IMG/VR virus record: IMGVR_UViG_3300021140_000485
Direction: 5' to 3' (one strand)
Source: a virus
Taxonomy: Duplodnaviria > Heunggongvirae > Uroviricota > Caudoviricetes
DNA: 64,000 bases
Position 1 is the stretch's first letter. Every line of letters starts with the position of its first letter. The notes below the pieces were generated by a model. It worked only from the letters and a program-made list of their open reading frames with translations, ran no database searches and was not told the DNA's origin. The position numbers were made by a program, and so were the translations under genes. This document shows, one piece after another, positions 1 to 8,390 of this stretch.

Positions 1-57
1 TAAAGAGTAAACTTTTTAAAAAGTGGAAATTGTGTCATTTATTTTTAAATATGTTAA

Positions 58-582
58 TTATTCAGCAGATTCAGTAACCATTTCTTCAACTACTTCCATC
101 ATCTGAATGTCCATAGATAAAGTAACGTTCTCACTTAGCAATACACCACCTGTTTCCAATGGTGCGTTCCACGTAAGACCGAAATCATTTCTATTGATTG
201 TACCTGTGATTTCCCATCCGTGTTTTGTATTTCCCCACGGGTCAACACTCATACCGTTATACTCAGTGTGAAGCCAAATTTCTTTGGTGATTCCTTTGAT
301 TGTAACACTTCCTGTAATTGTTGTCATATCTTCAATCATCTTACCTGCGAAAGTGATTGTAGGGTACTCCTCTGAGTTAAAGAAGTCCGCCGATTTAAGA
401 TGGTTATCTCTGTCAACATTCCCTGTGTTGATTGTGTTAGTGTTAATAGAGACGAATACACTTCCGTCTTCTTGTACACCACCACCAAAGGTACTGAAAT
501 TACCTTTAACCGTAGAAATCATTAAGTGTTTTACTTTGAACCCAACTTCTGAGTGGGCACTATCAATTGTCATTCTTTTCAT
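58..582 (-). CDS. YceI-like periplasmic (polyisoprenoid-binding) protein. The start is trimmed to the internal MKRM, because the upstream 51 codons of the ORF run through the 62-bp intergenic repeat.
   Basis: The 175-aa product has an N-terminal hydrophobic signal-like segment and a YceI-family beta-barrel composition. ATG at 582. Confidence 0.65.
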   Translation of the reverse strand: MKRMTIDSAHSEVGFKVKHLMISTVKGNFSTFGGGVQEDGSVFVSINTNTINTGNVDRDNHLKSADFFNSEEYPTITFAGKMIEDMTTITGSVTIKGITKEIWLHTEYNGMSVDPWGNTKHGWEITGTINRNDFGLTWNAPLETGGVLLSENVTLSMDIQMMEVVEEMVTESAE

Positions 583-645
583 AATATATTTTGTTTTGTT
601 AAAATATAGATATAATATTGGGTTAGGTAAACCCCCATTTAATAG

Positions 646-707
646 AATATGAAACCTGAGAATGAATGTAGGTGTGGTGTGTGAGGATTTATCCCGAACC
701 TCACCCA
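646..707. repeat. Copy A of a 62-bp intergenic element, 61/62 identical to 3611..3672. It contains the hairpin arms GTGAGG / CCTCAC when read on the minus strand.
   Basis: Direct sequence comparison. It lies 60 nt upstream of the minus-strand YceI-like gene. Confidence 0.85.
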
Positions 708-748
708 CATAGAGTGAGTGAACTGTATTGTCCATTACTCTTTTTTAA

Positions 749-1390
749 TTATACGTTCTCTCTAATTATTTTACATGGGTTACCGTATGCAACCACATTG
801 TCAGGGATATCTTTAGTTACAACTGAACCTGCACCTATAATAGAGTTCTTACCTATTTTAACTCTGTGTAATATGTTTGTCCCCATACCTATTGTTGTAC
901 CTTCCCCTATGGTTACGTTTCCCGCAATGTTGGTGCCAGGATTAATGGAACAATAGTCACCTATGATTGTGTGATGACCAATAGATACGTGTCTGTTGAT
1001 TGATACAAAATCCCCCACTGTGGTATGTGCTGCAATTGAAACCTTTGAGTTAATTAGAACCCCACGTCCGAGTTCACTCATGTGTGATATGTCCAAACCA
1101 TCGTGTATAACATTAATGAACTTATTAATGTCAGGATTTATTGTCTCTATAATCTTTATCTTATGTTGAGGTTGGTATACTCCGAGAACAATCTTATCGT
1201 AGTTGTTTAAATCCACATCATCAAACAATTCTATATTGAAACCATCATGTGTGAATGTATTAATAATCGGTAACCCCAAATTGTTGTATATGTGAATGTC
1301 AGGCATTCTTCTGTTTATTGAATATAAATTATCCAATATCATTGTTATTATACTATCCCCCTTACCGAGAATTAATAATTTTGTTTCCAT
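749..1390 (-). CDS. Hexapeptide-repeat (left-handed beta-helix) sugar N/O-acetyltransferase, NeuD/PglD-like.
   Basis: The C-terminal half is built of [LIV]GxxxxI hexapeptide repeats ('VSIGHHTIIGDYCSINPGTNIAGNVTIGEGTTIGMGTNI') and the N-terminal part is Rossmann-like, as in NeuD. Confidence 0.8.
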   Translation of the reverse strand: METKLLILGKGDSIITMILDNLYSINRRMPDIHIYNNLGLPIINTFTHDGFNIELFDDVDLNNYDKIVLGVYQPQHKIKIIETINPDINKFINVIHDGLDISHMSELGRGVLINSKVSIAAHTTVGDFVSINRHVSIGHHTIIGDYCSINPGTNIAGNVTIGEGTTIGMGTNILHRVKIGKNSIIGAGSVVTKDIPDNVVAYGNPCKIIRENV

Positions 1391-2189
1391 ATCCCTTTTC
1401 TCTTAATTCCGCAGATGTATAATGTTCCATATCAAATTCATCCATCAATCTGTGGGCTCTTTTTAATAACTGCATGTTGGTGGTTTTTTCCTTACCCCTA
1501 TAATATAAATTATCTTCCAAACCTATTCTGATTCCATCAAAATCCAATAACCCATAGGTCATACTCTTTAACTGTTGTGAACCTATTCCACCCAAACACG
1601 TAAATGAGTTCGTTGGTAAGTTATTTTTAATTGTTGATAACGTACCAAATTCACATTGACCATTGTAGATATTTCCCAAAATCATATTGATGTGGTGTGG
1701 AGACTTTAATATGTTCTTTGAAATAAGATAGTTTGTATAGTTTAACATACCCGTATCAAAACATTCTATCTCAGGTTGTACCCCGTATTTGTCCATCTCA
1801 TTAATTAAAGACAATATCATCTCAGGTTGGTTAACCGATGTTCCTGATGGGAAGTTTAATGATGACATTGTTAGTGAACCCATGTCAGGATATAATTGTA
1901 GAACCTCCGCTCTTTGTGATAGTTCAGGGAAATTCCTACCTGTTAATGAAACGCAAATCAATAACTCAGGACAATACTTCTTTATCCCCTCTATTATCTT
2001 CTGATATACTTCCTTCTTGTATGTATTTTCTAACGTAACCTCATCCCTTGCATGAAGATGAACAATGGATATACCAATCTCATTTGCACCTATTACCTCA
2101 TCCACAATCTCACTTGGAGTTAATGGAGCAAACGAATTAATCCTCGTTGTCTGAGTACCTGTTGGAGTAAAATTAATTATTTTCTTCAT
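1362..2189 (-). CDS. BKACE / DUF849 family enzyme (3-keto-5-aminohexanoate cleavage enzyme-like beta-keto acid cleavage).
   Basis: The N-terminal signature 'PTGT....PLTPSEI....A...G.SIVHLHARD' matches the Kce family TIM-barrel. Confidence 0.75.
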   Translation of the reverse strand: MKKIINFTPTGTQTTRINSFAPLTPSEIVDEVIGANEIGISIVHLHARDEVTLENTYKKEVYQKIIEGIKKYCPELLICVSLTGRNFPELSQRAEVLQLYPDMGSLTMSSLNFPSGTSVNQPEMILSLINEMDKYGVQPEIECFDTGMLNYTNYLISKNILKSPHHINMILGNIYNGQCEFGTLSTIKNNLPTNSFTCLGGIGSQQLKSMTYGLLDFDGIRIGLEDNLYYRGKEKTTNMQLLKRAHRLMDEFDMEHYTSAELREKGYGNKIINSR

Positions 2190-3141
2190 AAATTAGGTGA
2201 GATTTTAATTTAAAAATCTCTTTGAAAGTATCATCAAAATGTTTTTCGTATATTATTTTTTCTGAATTATCAATTCTGATGGTTTTTACCTCATCCATAG
2301 GATACAAATTTTCAATATACCAATGGTTAGGTTTTACATTCAAGGTATGCACTTCGGAATTATTTATAATAACAATTACAGTTTCCTCTTCAATTTTTTG
2401 TGAATTGTAGAAAAGTTTGATTTTGTTGTCTTTTTTATCATAAAAAAGAGTATAATGTAAATTTCTTTCGTAAAAATGTTCTCCCTTTTTGAAAAAACCA
2501 TTGAGTTCAGATTCTTTTCTAAACAAAACATTTGTGTGATTTTTGAACTCTGTTTTGGTAATATATTCCAAATTTACATTCTGTCCAAAATCTCTCATCC
2601 TTTTTTCAATCTCATCACGATTATAATCGGTGAACAATCGTGGTAATTTGTCAACCCTTACAGACTTTAAAGACCCAAACATAAACCCATCACTGTCACC
2701 AGTTGTTGTGTAAAGAATTGAGTCATAATTTTCTAATAACTCATTGTGTTGTTTTAAAATTTCTAAATCAAGGACCTCACAATCATACTCAATGTGATGT
2801 ATATTTTTATATCCAAAATTGATTGCAATTTGTGATGCGATTGAAAACATTCTGTAGATTGCAAACCCATAAAAGTTTTTTATGAAAAAAATGGATTTTA
2901 TGATTTTGTCACCAAAAGAAAAAAAGAAACCAGGAGGTAATAAATCTACGTCCTCAGAAGTATCATTCAAATAGTCGTAGAAATAAAAATTACATTTTTT
3001 TTGAATATGAAAAGGAATATGAGTGTGAGATAATAAGGCAATGTGATATCCACTTTTTGAAACAGAATCAATACACCTCTCAAGAGCTCTTTCTTGTTCT
3101 TCCGATGGACAATGAGCCGTTATAAAAATCAAATCTTTCAT
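2173..3141 (-). CDS. Hypothetical protein. It may be a nucleotide-sugar transferase-like protein within the glycan-modification cluster.
   Basis: 322-aa ORF that is Phe/Tyr-rich. There is no firm motif; its context is the acetyltransferase and BKACE genes. Confidence 0.5.
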   Translation of the reverse strand: MKDLIFITAHCPSEEQERALERCIDSVSKSGYHIALLSHTHIPFHIQKKCNFYFYDYLNDTSEDVDLLPPGFFFSFGDKIIKSIFFIKNFYGFAIYRMFSIASQIAINFGYKNIHHIEYDCEVLDLEILKQHNELLENYDSILYTTTGDSDGFMFGSLKSVRVDKLPRLFTDYNRDEIEKRMRDFGQNVNLEYITKTEFKNHTNVLFRKESELNGFFKKGEHFYERNLHYTLFYDKKDNKIKLFYNSQKIEEETVIVIINNSEVHTLNVKPNHWYIENLYPMDEVKTIRIDNSEKIIYEKHFDDTFKEIFKLKSHLIYEENN

Positions 3142-3176
3142 TCAATAAAAAATAACAAAATAACAAATTCTGTAAA

Positions 3177-3212
3177 TAAAAAACCCCCACTTTATGTGAG
3201 GGTCTATTTTAT
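3177..3212 (-). terminator. Intrinsic terminator of the conserved family: 'AAAACCCCCAC-tttat-GTGAGGG' followed by a T-run on the minus strand.
   Basis: GC stem with one conserved C·A mismatch, followed by U-run. It lies at the 3' end of gene 3209..3583. Confidence 0.6.
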
Positions 3213-3583
3213 TGTTTGTTAAACGTGAGTGTTATATCACCACCACTTTCAAATTCATTCCACGCTAAGAGTGTTTCTCCACCGTTTTGTGTCTGAGTCC
3301 ACGTCTTACCGTTTGCGTCCGCAATCATCTCAATAGTTTGGTCATTGTCCGCCATCCATCCACGGTCCACATACACTCCCGCCTCAGGACCAAATGAAAG
3401 GTTACCTTGCATATACCATACATTCTCCTGAACCCAAAATAAAAGACTCTTGGTGTTGTGTACCTCTGTTGATGACCACGACACTTGTGAATTCGGTCCA
3501 ATTGTTTGATTGCCAGGTCCAACACCATCAATAGTTAAATTGTATTCAGTGTTGTTGTTAATTGTAATATTTGCTTGCCACAT
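3209..3583 (-). CDS. Hypothetical small beta-rich (lectin-like?) protein.
   Basis: 124 aa, rich in N/T/G/W. Preceded on the minus strand by copy B of the 62-bp element. Confidence 0.55.
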   Translation of the reverse strand: MWQANITINNNTEYNLTIDGVGPGNQTIGPNSQVSWSSTEVHNTKSLLFWVQENVWYMQGNLSFGPEAGVYVDRGWMADNDQTIEMIADANGKTWTQTQNGGETLLAWNEFESGGDITLTFNKQ

Positions 3584-3610
3584 AATAATTTTTATTTATA
3601 AATAGTTTGG

Positions 3611-3672
3611 AATATGAAACCTGAGAATGAATGTAGGTGTGGTGTGTGAGGGTTTATCCCGAACCTCACCCA
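3611..3672. repeat. Copy B of the 62-bp intergenic element.
   Basis: 61/62 identity to 646..707. It lies 28 nt upstream of the start of gene 3209..3583. Confidence 0.85.
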
Positions 3673-3718
3673 TCGAAATGAATGAGTTGGTTTCATATTT
3701 ATCACATATTTATCACAT

Positions 3719-4090
3719 ATGAAGTATATCATCACCGAAAGTAAATTAAACGAATATATCCTTAGTGTCATTGAAGAAATGTTCCCTGTTGATGATATTA
3801 ATTATACTGAAGCGTATGACGATGATGGGAATCCTGACGATACTGCCTATGTGTTTTATCTTGGGGATTATGAAAATGATGAAGTTATCTTCAGATGGTA
3901 TAGTAAGGATTATTGGGATGGTCCAGACGAAAGTACAGTTGATTATAGGATTAGACAATCCCCACTTTTAGTTTTTGAATCCAATAATACCTTTTATGAA
4001 ATAAATTCTATGTTCCAAAATTTATGGAAACCCGTATTTATTAAATGGTTTTACGAATCATTTTCATTACCAATTAAAACAATACTTTAA
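3719..4090 (+). CDS. Hypothetical protein of the leader family ('MKYIITESKLNEY').
   Basis: Paralogous N-terminus with the adjacent gene. Acidic and aromatic-rich. Confidence 0.6.
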   Translation: MKYIITESKLNEYILSVIEEMFPVDDINYTEAYDDDGNPDDTAYVFYLGDYENDEVIFRWYSKDYWDGPDESTVDYRIRQSPLLVFESNNTFYEINSMFQNLWKPVFIKWFYESFSLPIKTIL

Positions 4091-4091
4091 T

Positions 4092-4451
4092 ATGAATTAC
4101 CTCATCACCGAATCTCAGCTTGAATCTTTGGTAGAACAAAAATCCCCGAACAAAAACTTTGATAGATACAAAAAGATTATTATGAAAATGTTCCCTGAGA
4201 TTACTATGATGTTCTTAGGTGATAGTGTGGAAGGTTGGAGTTCATCTGATAATAAAGCATATCAAAAACAAATTATTAAAGTTGTATTTGACCCACGTAA
4301 AATCACTCAAGGTGAATACTTTGATGGATATTCTTATGACGCATATGAATCGTGTCGAAAAGTCCGTAAATTTATGATGTATGACCTTAATATGGACTTT
4401 GGTCGGCAGTGGGATTTAGATTGTTATCAAATCACTCTTAAAAAACTCTAA
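4092..4451 (+). CDS. Hypothetical protein of the leader family ('MNYLITESQLESL').
   Basis: Tandem paralogue of 3719..4090 with different codons but the same N-terminal peptide. Confidence 0.6.
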   Translation: MNYLITESQLESLVEQKSPNKNFDRYKKIIMKMFPEITMMFLGDSVEGWSSSDNKAYQKQIIKVVFDPRKITQGEYFDGYSYDAYESCRKVRKFMMYDLNMDFGRQWDLDCYQITLKKL

Positions 4452-4661
4452 TCTTTCTGATGCCGGGACCGAATCTTCCCCTACCCCTTCTTTGGTTATA
4501 ATCCCCACAATATCTGATAACCTTACGTTCATCGTTACCTTATTGTCAGTTAATCCTACATATAATTCAGGGTTGCCAGGAACTACATAAAAATCCTTTA
4601 TGGTCCATTCCTTTTCGTTGTAACTAATCTTCTTACTTATGATTGGAAATGCGTCTCTCAT
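4416..4661 (-). CDS. Hypothetical protein.
   Basis: 81-aa ORF that overlaps the 3' end of the plus-strand gene. Weak support. Confidence 0.35.
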   Translation of the reverse strand: MRDAFPIISKKISYNEKEWTIKDFYVVPGNPELYVGLTDNKVTMNVRLSDIVGIITKEGVGEDSVPASERLEFFKSDLITI

Positions 4662-4666
4662 AAAGA

Positions 4667-4822
4667 TTAAATATCTTTCTTGAGTCTAAATGTACACGCA
4701 GGTTTTCCATTAATTAGTGGCATTCCGTGTTCATCGTATGTGATTGACTTAACCACAACCTTTTTGTTCTTAAATCTACCCATAAGAACCGTGTCCCCCA
4801 CTTTGATGTCAATCTTAATCAT
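4667..4822 (-). CDS. Small KOW-like protein (51 aa), not in the ORF track.
   Basis: Manual translation gives 'MIKIDIKVGDTVLMGRFKNKKVVVKSI...', which resembles a KOW motif. Confidence 0.35.
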   Translation of the reverse strand: MIKIDIKVGDTVLMGRFKNKKVVVKSITYDEHGMPLINGKPACTFRLKKDI

Positions 4823-4825
4823 TGA

Positions 4826-5254
4826 TTAAACTGTTGGTCCACATCCAGGATTTTTGTTTGGTGAGGTACATTTAACACCCGTGTAAAAGTCAAACTTCTG
4901 TGGTTGGACTCTTATGTTATCCCACTCACCGAAATACTCTTTAAACTTACCGTTCTTAATCCTCTCCCTTATCTCATCTAATTGTGGTGTGTATTTGTTT
5001 TGTTGTTTGGCACCATACATAACACTCTCTATCTTTGCTTTGAAGAACGCTCCTGTGGGTCCGAGTTCTACAGGTGTTGATTGTGAAGTATCTTTGGTAT
5101 CATAAAACTTACCGTTCTCACCTTTAACATAGTAACCTAAAAGACTATCAATATCTTTTTCTAATCCACTTAAAACAGTTACAGGGTCTTTACCTTGTTC
5201 AGATATTACACCCATAACTTCCTTAATTCTTGATATTTGTTCTTGTAGGTTCAT
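4826..5254 (-). CDS. Hypothetical protein with the leader 'MNLQEQISRIKEVMGVISEQ'.
   Basis: Its first 28 nt are identical to those of the next gene. Confidence 0.65.
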   Translation of the reverse strand: MNLQEQISRIKEVMGVISEQGKDPVTVLSGLEKDIDSLLGYYVKGENGKFYDTKDTSQSTPVELGPTGAFFKAKIESVMYGAKQQNKYTPQLDEIRERIKNGKFKEYFGEWDNIRVQPQKFDFYTGVKCTSPNKNPGCGPTV

Positions 5255-5255
5255 A

Positions 5256-5693
5256 TTAACAATCTCCTATACCATAAAAAATGCAGTCAATAAGTTCTGC
5301 ATCATTTTTATCCCATATGTAAACCATAGAATCATTATCATTCATTCTATCCCTACATAATCTATGGTGTCCATCTATTACAATTAGTTTTCCCTTGTGT
5401 TTGTATAAATGAATATCTTTTTTATCATATGTTTCATCGGACATATCATTTACGTAGTCCATATTAATATCCTTTTGAACACTATAAACTTTCTTTGTTG
5501 GTGACAATCTTTGTTTTTTTGGGTTAAGTGTGTGTATTAATTCATCACTATCATTTACCACCATATCAAAAATGTTTGTGGATTCTAAATCTTTTTTTAA
5601 TTCAGGTTCGTACATAATTCCACAGTCTTTATGACTTTCGGTTATCATCCCCATCATTGATTGTATTCTTGATATTTGTTCTTGTAGGTTCAT
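5256..5693 (-). CDS. ParB/Srx-like nuclease-domain protein with the leader 'MNLQEQISRIQSMMGMITES'.
   Basis: The motif 'LIVIDGHHRL' is the DGHHR signature of ParB-like nuclease domains. Confidence 0.65.
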   Translation of the reverse strand: MNLQEQISRIQSMMGMITESHKDCGIMYEPELKKDLESTNIFDMVVNDSDELIHTLNPKKQRLSPTKKVYSVQKDINMDYVNDMSDETYDKKDIHLYKHKGKLIVIDGHHRLCRDRMNDNDSMVYIWDKNDAELIDCIFYGIGDC

Positions 5694-6478
5694 TACTTTT
5701 TATTCTTAACACAGTTAGGATATCTTTTACCAAACATCGTCTTCATACCTTTTTGAGTATATCCTTTCCAACATCTTTCAGTAATCTCGGTCTCACTTAA
5801 CGAACCTTTTAATTCATCTGCTTGTCGAGCTCGTAATTTCATCAAATACATTCGTTCAATCCACTCATCAGGCTCTTTTTGAAGTTCATCCTTCTTAAAT
5901 AAAGTATTTGGAATAATAAAGTCAATCATTTCGTCTTTGGTAATACCTTCAGGTTTTGTTGGTGGTGGAACACACACACTATTCATTTCTTGGTCTACAG
6001 ATATCTCATCAACATCAATATCATCCCTACCAACTATTTTATTTACCTCATCCAATTGTGTATCTTCAAACCACTGAAGCATCAAGTGAGTCAAATAAGT
6101 CCCTCTAAGTGATAGAATATTTAAAGTTTCTTTGAACTTACCTTTTGGTATAAATAACGTTCCTGATATAAATGCTCGTTCCATCATTTTTCTTGGGTCA
6201 TCCCACACACTTTCATCGTTGTGGAAAAATAATGCCAATTCCATTATAATTTTCCCGTCCTTACACCATTCCAAATCGTATCTTGTCTCATAATGTTTTA
6301 TAAGATATACATTGGAACCCTCAACATACTTATTCAGAATGTTATAAACCACTTTTTCTATATTAGGCGTAGGCTTAGTATATTTGGACCTAATCTGTTC
6401 CATCAATATTTCTTTAACACAATTCGTCAAGTTCATAATAATAAATACTTGGTTAATATTTATATTAACAATAGCCAC
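5693..6478 (-). CDS. Hypothetical protein.
   Basis: 261-aa ORF with a basic Cys-containing C-terminal tail. Confidence 0.55.
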   Translation of the reverse strand: MAIVNININQVFIIMNLTNCVKEILMEQIRSKYTKPTPNIEKVVYNILNKYVEGSNVYLIKHYETRYDLEWCKDGKIIMELALFFHNDESVWDDPRKMMERAFISGTLFIPKGKFKETLNILSLRGTYLTHLMLQWFEDTQLDEVNKIVGRDDIDVDEISVDQEMNSVCVPPPTKPEGITKDEMIDFIIPNTLFKKDELQKEPDEWIERMYLMKLRARQADELKGSLSETEITERCWKGYTQKGMKTMFGKRYPNCVKNKK

Positions 6479-6502
6479 CCTGTTATCAGGGCAATTTAGG
6501 AC

Positions 6503-6549
6503 CGTTACCGTTTCGGTAACAAAAAAAAGGGGAATTCGCTACTCCCCTT
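6503..6549 (-). terminator. Tandem hairpin terminator (GTTACCG-ttt-CGGTAAC and GGGGA-n9-TCCCC), with A/T-runs on both sides.
   Basis: Perfect inverted repeats. Lies at the 3' end of gene 6551..7174. Confidence 0.6.
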
Positions 6550-6550
6550 T

Positions 6551-7174
6551 TTATTTTAAACTCTCAGGTAAATAAAGTAATGTTGGGTTTTTCTTTTGAA
6601 TATCAACATCAGGATATCTTTCCTTGAATTTCATTGTATTGAAGGGTTGTGTGATGATGTGTACCCCACTCCTTGTTTTAATGTATGTCATAAATGTATC
6701 CCTACCATCTTCCTTATGTAACTCATTAATGAATTCTCTCATAGAAGTGTAATAACTGTTATGTGCAAAGTTATCAAGACTTACATTGTCAATATCAATA
6801 ACCCAACGTTTCTCTTGTGTTTTAATTTGACCAACAACAGAATCAAACAGGTGTTGTTGTTTTAGGTTTCCGTCCTGAATTCTTTGAGCAAGGGCGACCA
6901 TCATATTCAATGATACATCTTTGTGGTTTTGCTTTTGAACGTGAATATATGCACGAGCTTTGAACATCTCACAGAGTTGTTTAATCTCTTCATATCGTTT
7001 TTCAAGATACTCAATACTACTAACACAATATGTTTTAATAGTCCTAACCGATTGGTGATTATCTCTTTCACCTTCAGGTTGGTCTTTCTTTCTCTTGAAG
7101 ACATAGAGCATATAAAAATCACCCTCGTTTTCGAAGTTAAGTAGTTGTTTTATTTGTAGTATATTATCTATCAT
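6551..7174 (-). CDS. Hypothetical protein.
   Basis: 207-aa ORF. Confidence 0.55.
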   Translation of the reverse strand: MIDNILQIKQLLNFENEGDFYMLYVFKRKKDQPEGERDNHQSVRTIKTYCVSSIEYLEKRYEEIKQLCEMFKARAYIHVQKQNHKDVSLNMMVALAQRIQDGNLKQQHLFDSVVGQIKTQEKRWVIDIDNVSLDNFAHNSYYTSMREFINELHKEDGRDTFMTYIKTRSGVHIITQPFNTMKFKERYPDVDIQKKNPTLLYLPESLK

Positions 7175-7177
7175 AAA

Positions 7178-7420
7178 TTATTTTATAAATGTATTATAAA
7201 TTGCGGAGTTGGCAATAAAAAATGCACACCAACCTAAAATACTCATAACCACCACATATCCAACATAAAGTTCATCTTTATTGTCGAATTGAAATTTTAA
7301 ATATTCTTTGAATGATTTCATATCAACAAGTTTACTGACGGTCCAATGCATCAACAAAACCTCCAATACACCAACTAAAATTAAAATAAACAATACCATC
7401 ATTTCCATATTTTTTTCCAT
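7178..7420 (-). CDS. Small membrane protein (two predicted TM helices).
   Basis: Hydrophobic segments 'VLFILILVGVLEVLL' and 'VVVMSILGWCAFFIA'. Confidence 0.5.
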   Translation of the reverse strand: MEKNMEMMVLFILILVGVLEVLLMHWTVSKLVDMKSFKEYLKFQFDNKDELYVGYVVVMSILGWCAFFIANSAIYNTFIK

Positions 7421-7680
7421 CGGTTTTTAATTTCATCACCGTAACAAATAACAACCCCCAGTAAAAATATACCAAGAACCGTCCCTATAATTGTGTAAAA
7501 GTGTTCAGGTCTCATAATCTATAATTTAAAAAAGTTTATCGTACAACCATCTGAATACATAATCGACTCCTCTAAAGATAACGTAAACAAGACAATAAAG
7601 TAGGAGGAGGTAGATTAAAATCATACCACAAAGATATAATCTTATTTTGATATAACCAACACGACCACTATTTATTTTTA

Positions 7681-7953
7681 ATGGATAACGCAATCGTCAT
7701 AAAAAAACTACTACTAGCCCTTTTGAGGAGACAGTACCCCGAAATTGTTGATGTCGTAGTTAGTGTTAGAAAGGACCCTATGTTAGAATATCGCACAGAT
7801 TATTTTATCTACATTGGAGTCGCTTATAAGGACTTGTTAAATATCAATGCAAGTAAAATGATGAACGATGCCAGAGAAATTGTTTACGATGTTGCAGGAG
7901 GAAGAAATAGTTTTAATAGCGTTTCAATTCAAACCTATGACCCGAATAATTAA
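7681..7953 (+). CDS. Hypothetical protein.
   Basis: 90-aa ORF on the minority strand. Confidence 0.45.
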   Translation: MDNAIVIKKLLLALLRRQYPEIVDVVVSVRKDPMLEYRTDYFIYIGVAYKDLLNINASKMMNDAREIVYDVAGGRNSFNSVSIQTYDPNN

Positions 7954-8381
7954 GTTGTTGAATTAATCGACTCAGCAATCATCTTTTTAAATTTTGTCGT
8001 ACTCCATCCGTGAGAACGATTTAAATAATGAATGTCAATTGGAAGTTCCTTACCAGTAAAGTCTTTATCTTTGTAATCATCACCCAGGAATCTCACACCA
8101 GGACTTACTTTCAAAATAAGTTCAACCAATTCTTTTTCTGTTGTGTAGGTTGAGACCTCATTAACGTATTTAAGTGATAACAACATTTTGACTCTCTCCT
8201 CAACACTTAGGATTGGTTTTAACTTCTCAGGTCTTTCGATGGTTGGGTCAGTGTGCAACAACACGTGGACCCAATAACAATGTTCTTTCATCTCTTTGAA
8301 CATCTCGATATATCCAGGATGGATAACATCAAAATTACCAGCAATCACACCAATACTATACTTCTCACTATTTGGTTTCAT
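7950..8381 (-). CDS. Cytidylyltransferase-like nucleotidyltransferase (TagD / RfaE-domain-II fold).
   Basis: 'GVIAGNFDVIHPGY' matches the (T/H)xGH nucleotidyltransferase motif, with HPGY as a variant. 143 aa. Confidence 0.65.
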   Translation of the reverse strand: MKPNSEKYSIGVIAGNFDVIHPGYIEMFKEMKEHCYWVHVLLHTDPTIERPEKLKPILSVEERVKMLLSLKYVNEVSTYTTEKELVELILKVSPGVRFLGDDYKDKDFTGKELPIDIHYLNRSHGWSTTKFKKMIAESINSTT

Positions 8382-8390
8382 AAAATAAAA

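Noticed and set aside
691-710. 'TTATCCCGAACCTCACCC' within the 62-bp repeat resembling a tRNA T-arm (GGTTCGGGATAA on the other strand).
   Set aside because: The loop would be 12 nt and no acceptor or anticodon arms can be formed. It is the hairpin of the repeat, not a tRNA fragment.
583-735. The N-terminal 51 codons of the 58..735 ORF (MDNTVHSLYVGEVRDKSS...).
   Set aside because: This part runs straight through the conserved 62-bp intergenic repeat and has no coding character. The internal MKRM start at 582 gives a normal signal-peptide-containing YceI-like protein.
284-956. Plus-strand ORFs 284..652 and 672..956, antisense to the YceI-like and acetyltransferase genes.
   Set aside because: They are antisense shadows of well-supported minus-strand genes. 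They are hydrophobic low-complexity translations with no independent signals.
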